Shown here piece after piece: positions 1 through 10,575 of a DNA stretch of 24,951 nucleotides. Numbering within the stretch: position 1 is the first letter of the stretch; the number at the start of each line of letters is the position of its first letter. Under the pieces are notes generated by a model that saw only the letters and a list, made by a program, of their open reading frames with translations, did no database searches and was not told where the DNA came from. The DNA is from a virus (taxonomy: Duplodnaviria; Caudoviricetes). The position numbers and the translations under genes were made by a program. The DNA lies in the IMG/VR virus record IMGVR_UViG_3300010052_000209, positions 1-24,951 of that record. One strand, given 5' to 3'.

Positions 1-642
1 TCATGCCGCGCCGCGCAGGATGCGGCGGGCCTGGAACGGCGGAATGATGGCGGTGATGTGGGCCGCCCAGCGCAGCCGCGCGTCGTGCCGCATGGGGGCG
101 GCGATGCTCTCCAGATCGTAGAGCCCCGGGCGCGCGCCGCGCAGCAGGCGCTTGACCAGCACCTCGTCGGTTTCGAGCTCGACCACGACCACGTGCCCGA
201 GCATGTCCGGGGAGGGCGCGCTGCGCTGGTGCTCGAAGTAGATGATCGCCCCGTCGTCGGCGAAGCCGCGCATGGAATGGCCCACGACCTTCAGCGCCCG
301 GGCCTGGTCGGAGCCGCCGGGCGGGATCGGCACCAACTCGGCAGGGTCGTGGCCGAGAGCGAACAGCACGGTGCCATCGGGGTTGGCTCCCACCGAGCCG
401 ATGACCGGCACGAATCCTTCGATCGCAGGCGTCGCCGCGCCGGCGGCGTCGTAGAGCCATTCGGGGCTGACGCCGAACGCGACAGCATACTCCTTTGCCC
501 GGCGATACGAGAACGGGGCGTTGCCGTTTTCGTTGGACGCGTAGGTATTACGGCTCCAGCCGTATGCGTCCGCAGCTGACGCAGCGGTGTCATAGCCTCG
601 GTCCATACGGGCCTGTTTGAGCCTTTGTGCGCGGCCGTCCAT
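1..642 (-). CDS. CI/LexA-like repressor (XRE HTH + S24 peptidase domain)
   Basis: N-terminal HTH (RLKQARMDRG...TYASNENG); C-terminal S24 motifs VVGHSM (Ser) and VLVKRL (Lys). Start placed at ATG 642 (MDGRAQRLK). Divergent from the operon at 708. Confidence 0.88.
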   Translation of the reverse strand: MDGRAQRLKQARMDRGYDTAASAADAYGWSRNTYASNENGNAPFSYRRAKEYAVAFGVSPEWLYDAAGAATPAIEGFVPVIGSVGANPDGTVLFALGHDPAELVPIPPGGSDQARALKVVGHSMRGFADDGAIIYFEHQRSAPSPDMLGHVVVVELETDEVLVKRLLRGARPGLYDLESIAAPMRHDARLRWAAHITAIIPPFQARRILRGAA

Positions 643-647
643 GGGAC

Positions 648-698
648 TGTAGATAACCTGCAGAGAAAGGTTGCGCAACGAGAAGTAGGTTTCCTACA
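648..698. promoter_or_regulatory. Putative repressor operators, consensus TGTAGG-N3-CCTACA (648-662 and 684-698)
   Basis: Perfect inverted repeat GTAGGtttCCTAC at 685-697 and a degenerate copy GTAGAtaaCCTGC at 649-661 in the divergent intergenic region; palindrome GTTGCGCAAC (670-679) lies between them. Confidence 0.6.
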
Positions 699-707
699 TT
701 CTAGTTC

Positions 708-950
708 ATGGATACGCAAACGCACCACACCCACTCGACCTACGCGGCGCTCCGCTACGGAGGCGCGTCCCAGGCGCGGGCTCAGGCCGAACTGGCCATC
801 CCGCCCGACCAGGCCCGGCAAATGGAGGCGATCTTCCACGTGCCGCGCCCCGGCAAGCAGCTGGACCGCATGCGCCCGCGGTTCGCCCGGCACGGCGAGC
901 ACGTGGCCGCGGTACGCGCGACCGGGGGCTATCCGGTGCTCGCGCGATGA
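708..950 (+). CDS. Small hypothetical protein in the Cro position
   Basis: 80 aa ORF divergent from the repressor, coupled to the next ORF by ATGA overlap at 947-950. Confidence 0.65.
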   Translation: MDTQTHHTHSTYAALRYGGASQARAQAELAIPPDQARQMEAIFHVPRPGKQLDRMRPRFARHGEHVAAVRATGGYPVLAR

Positions 951-1144
951 GAGGCGCCGAGGATGCGGCCGCGGTGGTCGCGGGGGCGCTCAGCCGGCGC
1001 GGCCCGGGGGAGCGGGGGCGGTTCCTGCGCGAACTGCTGGCGCACACGGCGGCAGGTCTGGTGGTGATCGAGGGCGAGGCTGAGGCCTCGGAGGCCGTCT
1101 ACCGACTGGCCGACGCGGTGGTGGCGCGGGGGCTGCGGGCATGA
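947..1144 (+). CDS. Small hypothetical protein
   Basis: 65 aa helical ORF with ATGA overlaps at both ends. Confidence 0.7.
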   Translation: MRGAEDAAAVVAGALSRRGPGERGRFLRELLAHTAAGLVVIEGEAEASEAVYRLADAVVARGLRA

Positions 1145-1710
1145 GGCCAAACCAGCGGAGGGATCCGGCCCGCGAAGCACGCGACCGGCTGCTGCGGCTG
1201 GAACGACGTGCGAAGGCGCAGGCTGAGGCGGCGGCGGTGACCGCGGGCGTGGCGGAGACGGTGGCGCTGGCGCGGGCGCGCGGGGAGGCGATCGTCGACG
1301 GTGGCGCGCGGAAAGCCTATCGTCGACAGACCGGCCTGGACTGGCTGGTGGCCAAGGGGCGCATCGACGCGCGGGCCAAGGCGGTGGGTGAGCGCTATGG
1401 CCAGGCCTACCGGCGCGTGAAGTTGGAAGCGGCGATCCCCTCGACGCTGGACACGCGGGTGCGCGGGCCGTTCGTGGCGCCGTCGATCGAGACGGTGCTG
1501 GCGCACGCGGAGGGCACCGAACTGGCGCGGCGGCGACTGGCGGAGTTCAGGCGCGGGCTCAGCCAGCAGCCGGACCTGGTGGCGGCGTGCGATCTTGTCT
1601 GCGGCGAGGAGAAGACGCCGCGCGAGGCGTCGGAGGGCGAGCGCGAGGCCGGCCGGCTGGAGGCGATCCTCAAGGTGGCGTTGGACATTCTCGTGGCTGG
1701 CGCACGCTAG
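1141..1710 (+). CDS. DUF6456/GafZ(GafA)-like late activator or Q-like antiterminator
   Basis: Motifs TGLDWL..KGRI...AVGERY...Y, ARRRL, DLVCGEE and LKVALDIL resemble DUF6456 proteins as I recall them; located directly upstream of a late promoter, like lambda Q. Confidence 0.65.
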   Translation: MRPNQRRDPAREARDRLLRLERRAKAQAEAAAVTAGVAETVALARARGEAIVDGGARKAYRRQTGLDWLVAKGRIDARAKAVGERYGQAYRRVKLEAAIPSTLDTRVRGPFVAPSIETVLAHAEGTELARRRLAEFRRGLSQQPDLVAACDLVCGEEKTPREASEGEREAGRLEAILKVALDILVAGAR

Positions 1711-1712
1711 AA

Positions 1713-1765
1713 TGTTCCTTATTTGTTCTTGACTTTCGCGCGCGAATTTGAGAGAGTTCAGTTAG
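1713..1765 (+). promoter_or_regulatory. 53-bp promoter cassette copy 1: LexA box (1714-1728), -35 TTGACT (1729-1734), palindrome TTCGCGCGCGAA, weak -10
   Basis: tgttccttatttgttcttgactttcgcgcgcgaatttgagagagttcagttag; 48/53 identical to copies 2 and 3; GTTC-N7-GTTC is the alphaproteobacterial SOS box. Confidence 0.85.
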
Positions 1766-1886
1766 TCGCGAAGAGTGTGCCCAGCGGGCGCGACCTTCGC
1801 GGACGGGCGCGCCAGTGGAGTGAGGCGAGAGGCCGAGAGGCCGAGAGGCCTTGGCCGCCAGCCAGCCTGTAGGTGATGGCCTGAGG

Positions 1887-2087
1887 TCACCAATGAGGGC
1901 GTTGTTCGTCGGTGTCGTCGGCCTCGCCCGCCACGGGCGCGGCCTCGGTCTCCCGAGCCTCCAGTGCGCGATTGTGCCATCGCATCGCCTCGTCGATGAG
2001 GCGGCTGCGGTCGCGCATGTTGTCGGTGGCGGCGGCGAGGCGGAGCAGGCCATCGGCCTGGCGGCGATAGTCATCCTCTGACGGCAT
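1887..2087 (-). CDS. Small hypothetical protein (antisense insert)
   Basis: MPSEDDYRRQADGLLRLAAATD..., ATG preceded by GGGAGAG RBS; helical 66 aa. Confidence 0.6.
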   Translation of the reverse strand: MPSEDDYRRQADGLLRLAAATDNMRDRSRLIDEAMRWHNRALEARETEAAPVAGEADDTDEQRPHW

Positions 2088-2404
2088 TGCGATCTCTCCC
2101 CACAGGGACGCGGTGTGTCGAAGGTACGGGCGCAAGCGATGCCCGGACGCCTAGATCTGCGCCGGATTCGGCCGGCTTTGTGGCGCCGAGCCGCCTGAGA
2201 AAGTCCAACGGAAACAAGGAGCTTCACCATGGTTGAAAAGCCACGGTGGTGAAGTCTCACGTCCCGGCCCTGGAGCATTCGTGGCCGGGCGATGGCGCCA
2301 GTCACCACAGCGCCAACGACCGGCAGGCGGCGTGATGCGTCGCTGGCGGCGATCGCCAGCGCGGCGACAGGAACCCCGGAACAACTCGATAGAGGAACCT
2401 AGTC

Positions 2405-2914
2405 ATGGTGGAGAAGGCGACCGGGGGGCCGCGGAAGGTCCCAGCGGAGCGGGCGCCGAGGGCGTCCCAACCGACGAAGGGCGTGTGTTTCAGCGCCGCG
2501 GTGGCGCGACGGATCTGTGCGCGGCTGGCGGAGGGCGAGCCGTGGTCGAAGATCTGCAAGACCAGGGGAATGCCCGCCTATTCGACGCTGTACTCGTGGC
2601 AGAAGCAGCAGCCTGGGTTCGCGGAGCAGGTGGCGCAGGCGCGGCAGCAGGGCGCGGACTACTGCGCCGACCGGGCGCTGGAGGTGGCCGAGCGCACGAC
2701 CAAGGAGACGATCCAGCAGGACCGCCTGTTCGTGAGCACCCTGATGAAGCGGGCGGCCCTGATCGCACCGCAGACCTGGGGCGGGAAGGGTGGCGGCGCC
2801 AAGGACAAGCCAGCGAAGGTGGAGGTGGTCTTCCGCGTCCGCCACTTCGAGCGGGTGGTCGGGCCGGACGGCAAGGCGTTCGTCCGCGAGATCGAGCCGG
2901 AGGGCGAGGCTTGA
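2405..2914 (+). CDS. Terminase small subunit
   Basis: HTH-type ICARLAEGEPWSKICKTRGMPAYSTLYSW typical of Sf6-like TerS; GAGGA RBS; overlaps TerL start. Confidence 0.85.
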   Translation: MVEKATGGPRKVPAERAPRASQPTKGVCFSAAVARRICARLAEGEPWSKICKTRGMPAYSTLYSWQKQQPGFAEQVAQARQQGADYCADRALEVAERTTKETIQQDRLFVSTLMKRAALIAPQTWGGKGGGAKDKPAKVEVVFRVRHFERVVGPDGKAFVREIEPEGEA

Positions 2915-4314
2915 GCGCGGCGAAATCCAAGGCGAAGTCCAAGACGGGGACGAAGGCCGGCGCGAGCGCGCCCGAGGTCGTCGCCGAGCCCATGCACAAG
3001 CTGCCGCTTGAGTGGCGGCCGCGGCCTTACCAGGTGGACCTGTGGGAGGCGCTGCTGGGCGGTGTGCGGCGGGCCGACGTGGTGGCGCATCGCCGGTGGG
3101 GCAAGGACGAGGTGGCGTTGCACTGGGCGGCCTGGGCGGCGTGGCAGCGGCCCGGGAGCTATTGGCATTTGCTGCCGGCGATGTCGCAGGGACGCAAGGC
3201 GATCTGGGATGCGGTGAACCCGCACACCGGCCGGCGGCGCATCGAGGAGGCTTTTCCGGACGTCATGCGGCCGACGTTCAATGAGAGCGAGATGCAGGTC
3301 GTTCTGGGCAACGGCTCGACCTGGCAGGTGTTGGGCTCGGACAATTACGACGGCCTGGTGGGCGCCTCGACGGCCGGGGTGGTGATGTCGGAGTGGGCGC
3401 TGGCGAAACCAGAGGCCTGGGCGCACATCCGGCCGATCCTGCTGGAGAACGACGGCTGGGCGCTGTTCCTGTGGACGCCCCGGGGGCGCAACCACGCGGC
3501 GCGGGCCTTCGAGAGCCGGAAGGGCGATCCGGAGTGGTTCTGCCTGAAGTCGCCGGCCACGGAGACCGACGTGTTCACGCCCGAGCAGCTGGCGCGGGAG
3601 AAGCGCGAGCTGATCGCCGAACTGGGCTCGGAGGAGGAGGGCGTGGCGCGGTTCGCGAGCGAGTACCTGGTGGACTTCGATGCGGCGGCTCCCGGCAGCT
3701 ACTACGCCAGTCTCCTGGGCGAGGCGGAGCGTGCGGGGCGCATCGGGCGCGTGCCGGTGGATCCGGCGTTGCCGGTCGACACCGCCTGGGACCTGGGCAT
3801 CGACGACTATACGGCGGTCTGGTTCTTCCAGCAGGCCGGGCGCGAGGTGCGGGTGGTCGACTATTTCGAGACCAGCGGGGAGGGCCTGCCGGCCATGGTT
3901 CGCCGCGCGATCGGCGAGCGGCCCTATCTGTGGGGGACGCACCACCTGCCGCACGACGTGATGGTGCGGGAGCTGGCGAGCGGGCGATCGCGATACGAGA
4001 CGTTGCAGTCGCTGGGGCTGACCCGCATCAGCGTCGGGACGGCGACGGATCCCGAGGAGCGGGTGAACGCCGCGCGCCTGATGATCCCCACCTGCTGGTT
4101 CGACGCCGAGCGTTGCGCCGCCGGGCTGGAGCGGTTGCGGGCCTATCGCAAGCGGTGGAACCGGGCGACGCACAGCTATGGCGGGCCGCTGCACGACCAG
4201 GCCAGCCATGGCGCTGATGCGTTCGGGGAGTTCGCGCTGAACCGCAGGGGGGCGACGACGGCGCGTGAGCCCGGCCGGCGGGCGGCGCACGGCGCGCTTT
4301 CGTGGATGAGCTGA
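2911..4314 (+). CDS. Terminase large subunit
   Basis: PRPYQ, Walker A VAHRRWGKD, Walker B VVMSEW, TPRGRN, nuclease motifs AWDLGIDD, LPHD, SHGADAF. Start TTG 2911 (TTGA overlap) or ATG 2992. Confidence 0.93.
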   Translation: MSAAKSKAKSKTGTKAGASAPEVVAEPMHKLPLEWRPRPYQVDLWEALLGGVRRADVVAHRRWGKDEVALHWAAWAAWQRPGSYWHLLPAMSQGRKAIWDAVNPHTGRRRIEEAFPDVMRPTFNESEMQVVLGNGSTWQVLGSDNYDGLVGASTAGVVMSEWALAKPEAWAHIRPILLENDGWALFLWTPRGRNHAARAFESRKGDPEWFCLKSPATETDVFTPEQLAREKRELIAELGSEEEGVARFASEYLVDFDAAAPGSYYASLLGEAERAGRIGRVPVDPALPVDTAWDLGIDDYTAVWFFQQAGREVRVVDYFETSGEGLPAMVRRAIGERPYLWGTHHLPHDVMVRELASGRSRYETLQSLGLTRISVGTATDPEERVNAARLMIPTCWFDAERCAAGLERLRAYRKRWNRATHSYGGPLHDQASHGADAFGEFALNRRGATTAREPGRRAAHGALSWMS

Positions 4315-4586
4315 GGCGGCGGACGTTAATCGTTCTTCCTTAAGCGCCGTTAAGGCCGTCGGGCCGAGCATGGCATCGTCGGGGGACGCGTTGGCGGCAG
4401 GAGGCCGCGAATGCTGGATGCCGTTCGTCATCTGCTGCACATGATCGAGGATCGCCCGTTCGAGAGCATTGCGGCGCTGATCGCCACGGTGCTGTACCTG
4501 CGCCTGATGATGTCGGGCCCGCGCTACTACTGAGACTCATCCGGCAAGCGGCGCCACAAACGGCGTGGATGTGCGTTTCGGCTGGC

Positions 4587-5056
4587 ATGAGCATCGACAA
4601 AGCCTTTGCCAGCTTCGCCAACAAGACGGCGAAGGTTACCGGCAGCCCTTGGACCTTCGGGGTGTGCTTGCTGCTGGTGATCCTGTGGGGCGGGAGCGGG
4701 CCGGTGTTCGGCTTCTCCGAGACGTGGCAGCTGGTGATCAACACCGGGACCACGATCATCACCTTCCTCATGGTGTTCCTGATCCAGAACACCCAGAACC
4801 GCGACGCCGAGGCGATGCAGGCGAAGCTGGACGACCTGATCCTCACGTCGGCGGCGGCGGAGAACGACTTCGTCGGCATCGAGCGGATGACCGAGAAGGA
4901 GCTCCAGGCGTTGCACGAGCGATGCGTCGAGCGGGCGAAGGCGCACGAGGAGCTGCACGCCAAGGTGCGGGACGAACTCGAGACCCGCGCGGCCAAGCGG
5001 CGGAAGCCTGCCGCGCGCAAGGCGCCGGCCCGCAAGAGCCCGGCGCGGAAGGCCGC

Positions 5057-5060
<4 letters not shown>
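4587..5060 (+). CDS. Low-affinity iron permease family (Fet4-like) membrane protein
   Basis: Signature WQLVINTGTTIITFLMVFLIQNTQNRD..AMQAKLDDLI; Lys/Ala-rich tail. Confidence 0.88.
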
Positions 5061-7153
<2,093 letters not shown>

Positions 7154-7363
7154 GGCCGTTGGGACCGCGGCATGCCGGGTCTCGCGGTGGGGTACGGTCA
7201 AGCGGGGCCTCCTGTTCAGGCGCGCGCCCAGGAAGCCGCATGCGGGTGACCGCCGCCCTAAGCTTGGCTGCGGCAAATCGACGTGACAGGGGCCGGGGCG
7301 CGCTCGACGGGCGGCGCCGATTGTCGCAGGGTCTGCGAACACACCGGCCAAGGAGCGACGACG

Positions 7364-7789
7364 ATGATCCGCAAGGCGAACGCAGTCTGGCAGGGCACGG
7401 GGCGCGATGGGACGGGCGCGCTGAGCTCTCAGTCCGGCGTGCTGAAGGAGACCCCGTACAGCTTCAAGACCCGGTTCGAGGACAGTCCGGGGACGAACCC
7501 CGAGGAACTGCTGGCTGCGGCGCACGCCGGCTGCTTCACGATGGCCCTGGCCTTCGCGATCCAGCGGGAAGGCTTCACGCCGCAGGAACTGTCGACCGAG
7601 GCGGCGGTGTCGCTGGACCAGGACGGCGCGGGTTTCAAGATCACGCGCTCGGCGCTGACGCTGCGGGCCAACGTGCCGGGGCTGAGCGAGGCGAAGTTCC
7701 GGGAGCTGGCCGAGGCGGCGGAGAAGACCTGCCCTGTGTCGCGCGTGCTGAACGCGGAGATCACGCTGGACGCGCTGTTGGAAGGGTAG
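7364..7789 (+). CDS. osmC: OsmC family peroxiredoxin
   Basis: MIRKANAVWQG, YSFKTRFE, GTNPEELLAAAHAGCF, CPVS; AGGAG RBS. Confidence 0.93.
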   Translation: MIRKANAVWQGTGRDGTGALSSQSGVLKETPYSFKTRFEDSPGTNPEELLAAAHAGCFTMALAFAIQREGFTPQELSTEAAVSLDQDGAGFKITRSALTLRANVPGLSEAKFRELAEAAEKTCPVSRVLNAEITLDALLEG

Positions 7790-7805
7790 GCGCGCGCGGC
7801 GCGAT

Positions 7806-7858
7806 TGTTCTTGATTTGTTCTTGACATCCGCGCGCGAATTTGAGAGAGTTCAGTCAG
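7806..7858 (+). promoter_or_regulatory. 53-bp promoter cassette copy 2 (LexA box 7807-7821, TTGACA 7822-7827)
   Basis: tgttcttgatttgttcttgacatccgcgcgcgaatttgagagagttcagtcag. Confidence 0.85.
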
Positions 7859-7919
7859 GGTCGACAACTGCGCTCCGGATGTCATCGGTCAGCCCGATGC
7901 GCCAAAGCGCCGAAGGTGA

Positions 7920-7964
7920 GTTCTTGAGTTGTTCTTGATTGCGCCGAGGCGCCCGGGGTAGCGT
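7920..7964 (+). promoter_or_regulatory. LexA box (7920-7934) with -35 TTGATT and -10 TAGCGT upstream of a membrane gene
   Basis: GTTCttgagttGTTC directly followed by TTGATT-N18-TAGCGT. Confidence 0.65.
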
Positions 7965-7996
7965 CGGTCCCGCGCCACCGGGCTAGGGGCAACATC

Positions 7997-8431
7997 TTGA
8001 GAAGGCCGATTTTACGGGCTGCCGTGGCCACGATCCTTTTCGCGGGTGGAGCGCTTCATTCTCTCTACGAGCTTTGGAGCGGGCTTCGCTTGCTAGAGCT
8101 TTGGGGGCCAGGTGCGTTGCCTCTGTTCCTGCTGGGAGTCGTGATGTGGGCCCTTCCGGCGGGGCTGGTCGCCTCGTTCCTGTTCTGGAGATCGGCGGCA
8201 AAGTCGCGAGGATGGTGCGGCTTATTCTTGAGAGGCGGCGCGGGGATGTGTGGGCTCCTGGGCGCGGCCTTCCTGGGCTTCATGATCTGGAATTGGTCCT
8301 CCACTGAGCAGGCCGTGGAGTGGGACGACATCGTGAGCTTGCTTGGGGCGCCCGCTCTGCTGCTGGGCGCTTGGCTGCTGTCGGCGCCCCTTAGAAGCGG
8401 CAGCGGGCATGCTCACGAACACTCGTCGTAG
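7997..8431 (+). CDS. Hypothetical 4-TM membrane protein
   Basis: Four hydrophobic segments; TTG start after AGGGG RBS; flanked by cassette copies 2 and 3. Confidence 0.7.
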   Translation: MRRPILRAAVATILFAGGALHSLYELWSGLRLLELWGPGALPLFLLGVVMWALPAGLVASFLFWRSAAKSRGWCGLFLRGGAGMCGLLGAAFLGFMIWNWSSTEQAVEWDDIVSLLGAPALLLGAWLLSAPLRSGSGHAHEHSS

Positions 8432-8453
8432 AGGCGTTCTCGCCGCCTGTTGA

Positions 8454-8506
8454 TGTTCGTGATTTGTTCTTGACATTCGCGCGCGAATTTGCGAGAGTTC
8501 AGTCAG
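8454..8506 (+). promoter_or_regulatory. 53-bp promoter cassette copy 3 (LexA box 8455-8469, TTGACA 8470-8475), upstream of portal
   Basis: tgttcgtgatttgttcttgacattcgcgcgcgaatttgcgagagttcagtcag; 50/53 identical to copy 2. Confidence 0.85.
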
Positions 8507-8650
8507 CGTTGAGGACTACGCCTGAAGCGCCGCGGATGCGGGGCTGAGGCGCGAGAGACGCCTTCCAATCTTTTGTCGATGCGGCCTTTGCGGGCCGCCT
8601 CCCACCCGCCGGGCTCGCTCGCGCGGGCCTTAACCCATGGGGCCAAGCCT

Positions 8651-10528
8651 TTGTCCGACGACGATATTCTTGAAGAGGCCAAGGCGGCCTTCCAGCGCGC
8701 GGCCGACGCGGAAGCCGAGAACCGGCGCGAGGCGCTGGACGACCTGCGCTTCGCCCGGCTGGGCGAGCAGTGGCCCGAGCGGGTGCGGCGCGAGCGGGAG
8801 ATGGAGGGGCGCCCGGTCCTGACGATCAACCGGCTGCCGGCCTTCATCCGGCAGGTGGTCAACGATGCGCGTCAGAACAAGCCGGCCATCATGGTCCACC
8901 CGGTGGACGGCGTGGCGGATCCGCAGACCGCCGAAGTGTTCAACGGCCTGGTGCGGCACATCGAACAGAGCTCGGACGCCGAGGTGGCTTATGACACGGC
9001 CCTGGATTTCGCGGTGACCTCGGGCGTCGGCTATTTCCGCATCAACACCCGCTATGCGGGGGACGACGGCTTCGACCAGGACATCGCCATCGAGCGGGTG
9101 GCGAACCCGTTCGCGATCTACGGCGATCCGGAATCCGTGGCCGCCGACAGCAGCGACTGGAACTGCGCCTTCGTGGTCGACAGCCTGCCGCGCGCGGCGT
9201 TCGAGGCGCGCTGGAAAGGCGCGCAGGCGGTGGACTGGGCCAGCGACGACCTGGGGCAGTCCGGCGGCCCGGCCTCGGACGGCGACCGGGTGATGGTGGC
9301 CGAGTACTGGAAGCGCGAGCGGGTGAGCCGCACGATCCTGGCGCTGTCGGACGGCCGGGTGGTGGAAGAGGGTCTATACAAGGCGCAGAAGTCGATGTTC
9401 GACGCCCTGGGCGTGACGCCCGTGGGACGGCCGCGGCAGACGGCGAGCCACAAGGTGACCCAACGGATCCTGACCGGCGCCGAGGTGCTGGAGACCGTCG
9501 ACTGGGCGGGGCGGTTCATCCCTATCGTCCCGGTCTATGGCGAAGAGCTGATGGTGGATGGGCGCCGGCGGCTGCGCAGCCTGGTGCGCGACGCCAAGGA
9601 TCCGCAGCGGATGTTCAACTACTGGCGCACCACCTCGACCGAACTGGTGGCGCTGGCGCCCAAGGCGCCGTTCATCGGGCGCAAGGGCGCGTTCGAGACC
9701 GACAGCGCCAAGTGGGCGACGGCCAACGTCCAGAGCCACGCCTACATCGAATATGACGGCCCTGAGCCGCCCATGCGCCAGCCGTTCGCGGGCGTGCCCG
9801 CGGGCGCGCTGCAGGAGGCGATGAACGCCGCCGACGACATGAAGTCGATCATGGGCCTGTTCGACGCCAGCCTGGGCGCCAGGTCGAACGAGACCTCAGG
9901 CCGCGCGATCATGGCGCGGCAGCGGGAGGGGGATGTCTCGACCTTCCACTACATCGACAATCTGAGCCGCTCCATCCGGCACGCCGGCCGGATCCTGCTG
10001 GACCTGATCCCCAAGGTCTATGCGACGGCGCGCGTCGTGCGCGTTCTGGGGCCGGATGGAGCGGCGGCGTCGGTGGGCGTCGCGCCGGGCGGCCAGGCGA
10101 AGGGGGCCGAGCCGTTGAAGGCGCTGGGCCGGATCTACGACCTGGGGGCGGGCAAGTACGACCTGACCGTTCGCTCGGGGCCGAGCTTCACCAGCCGCCG
10201 GGAAGAGGCGGCGACCCAGATGATCGAGCTGATCCGGGCCTACCCGCCCGCGGCGCCGCTGATGGGCGACCTGCTGGCGCGGAACCTGGACTGGCCCGGC
10301 GCCGAGGAGATCGCGCGCCGGCTGGCGGCGCTGCTGCCGCCGCAGGTGAAGGGCGGGGCGCCCGAGGTCGAGCAGGCCAAGGCGCAGATGGCGCAGCTGG
10401 CCCAGGCGCTGGCGGCGGCGCAGGCCGAGATCGCGAAGATCAGGCAGGACCGGACGCACGAGGCGCGGAAGCTGGAGATCAAGGCCTTCGAGGCCGAGAC
10501 CAATCGGATGAAGGCGGCGCAGCGCTGA
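8651..10528 (+). CDS. P22-like portal protein
   Basis: DDLRFARLGEQWP, RPVLTINRL, IPIVPVYG, VRDAKDPQRMFNY, SNETSGRAIMARQREGD, GKYDLTV..GPSFTSRREE. Start inferred at TTG 8651. Confidence 0.9.
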   Translation: MSDDDILEEAKAAFQRAADAEAENRREALDDLRFARLGEQWPERVRREREMEGRPVLTINRLPAFIRQVVNDARQNKPAIMVHPVDGVADPQTAEVFNGLVRHIEQSSDAEVAYDTALDFAVTSGVGYFRINTRYAGDDGFDQDIAIERVANPFAIYGDPESVAADSSDWNCAFVVDSLPRAAFEARWKGAQAVDWASDDLGQSGGPASDGDRVMVAEYWKRERVSRTILALSDGRVVEEGLYKAQKSMFDALGVTPVGRPRQTASHKVTQRILTGAEVLETVDWAGRFIPIVPVYGEELMVDGRRRLRSLVRDAKDPQRMFNYWRTTSTELVALAPKAPFIGRKGAFETDSAKWATANVQSHAYIEYDGPEPPMRQPFAGVPAGALQEAMNAADDMKSIMGLFDASLGARSNETSGRAIMARQREGDVSTFHYIDNLSRSIRHAGRILLDLIPKVYATARVVRVLGPDGAAASVGVAPGGQAKGAEPLKALGRIYDLGAGKYDLTVRSGPSFTSRREEAATQMIELIRAYPPAAPLMGDLLARNLDWPGAEEIARRLAALLPPQVKGGAPEVEQAKAQMAQLAQALAAAQAEIAKIRQDRTHEARKLEIKAFEAETNRMKAAQR

Positions 10529-10575
10529 CCGTAGCGACGGGCCCGCAGCATGGAATTCGAAGGAGGCAGGTGAGG

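Noticed and set aside
2233-2910. N-terminal extension of the TerL ORF (possible frameshift fusion)
   Set aside because: Overlaps terS in another frame; a TTGA-coupled start at 2911 explains it and no slippery site is evident.
4326-4353. Three TTAA half-sites resembling a CtrA box
   Set aside because: Spacings are 10 and 6 bp, not the canonical TTAA-N7-TTAA.
2659-4440. 593-aa minus-strand ORF (likewise 20952-22943, 14516-15565, 11663-12580)
   Set aside because: Antisense shadows of well-supported phage genes.
7154-7885. Extended 942-aa N-terminus of the kinase ORF
   Set aside because: Overlaps osmC antisense; the TM sensor region begins after ATG 7153.
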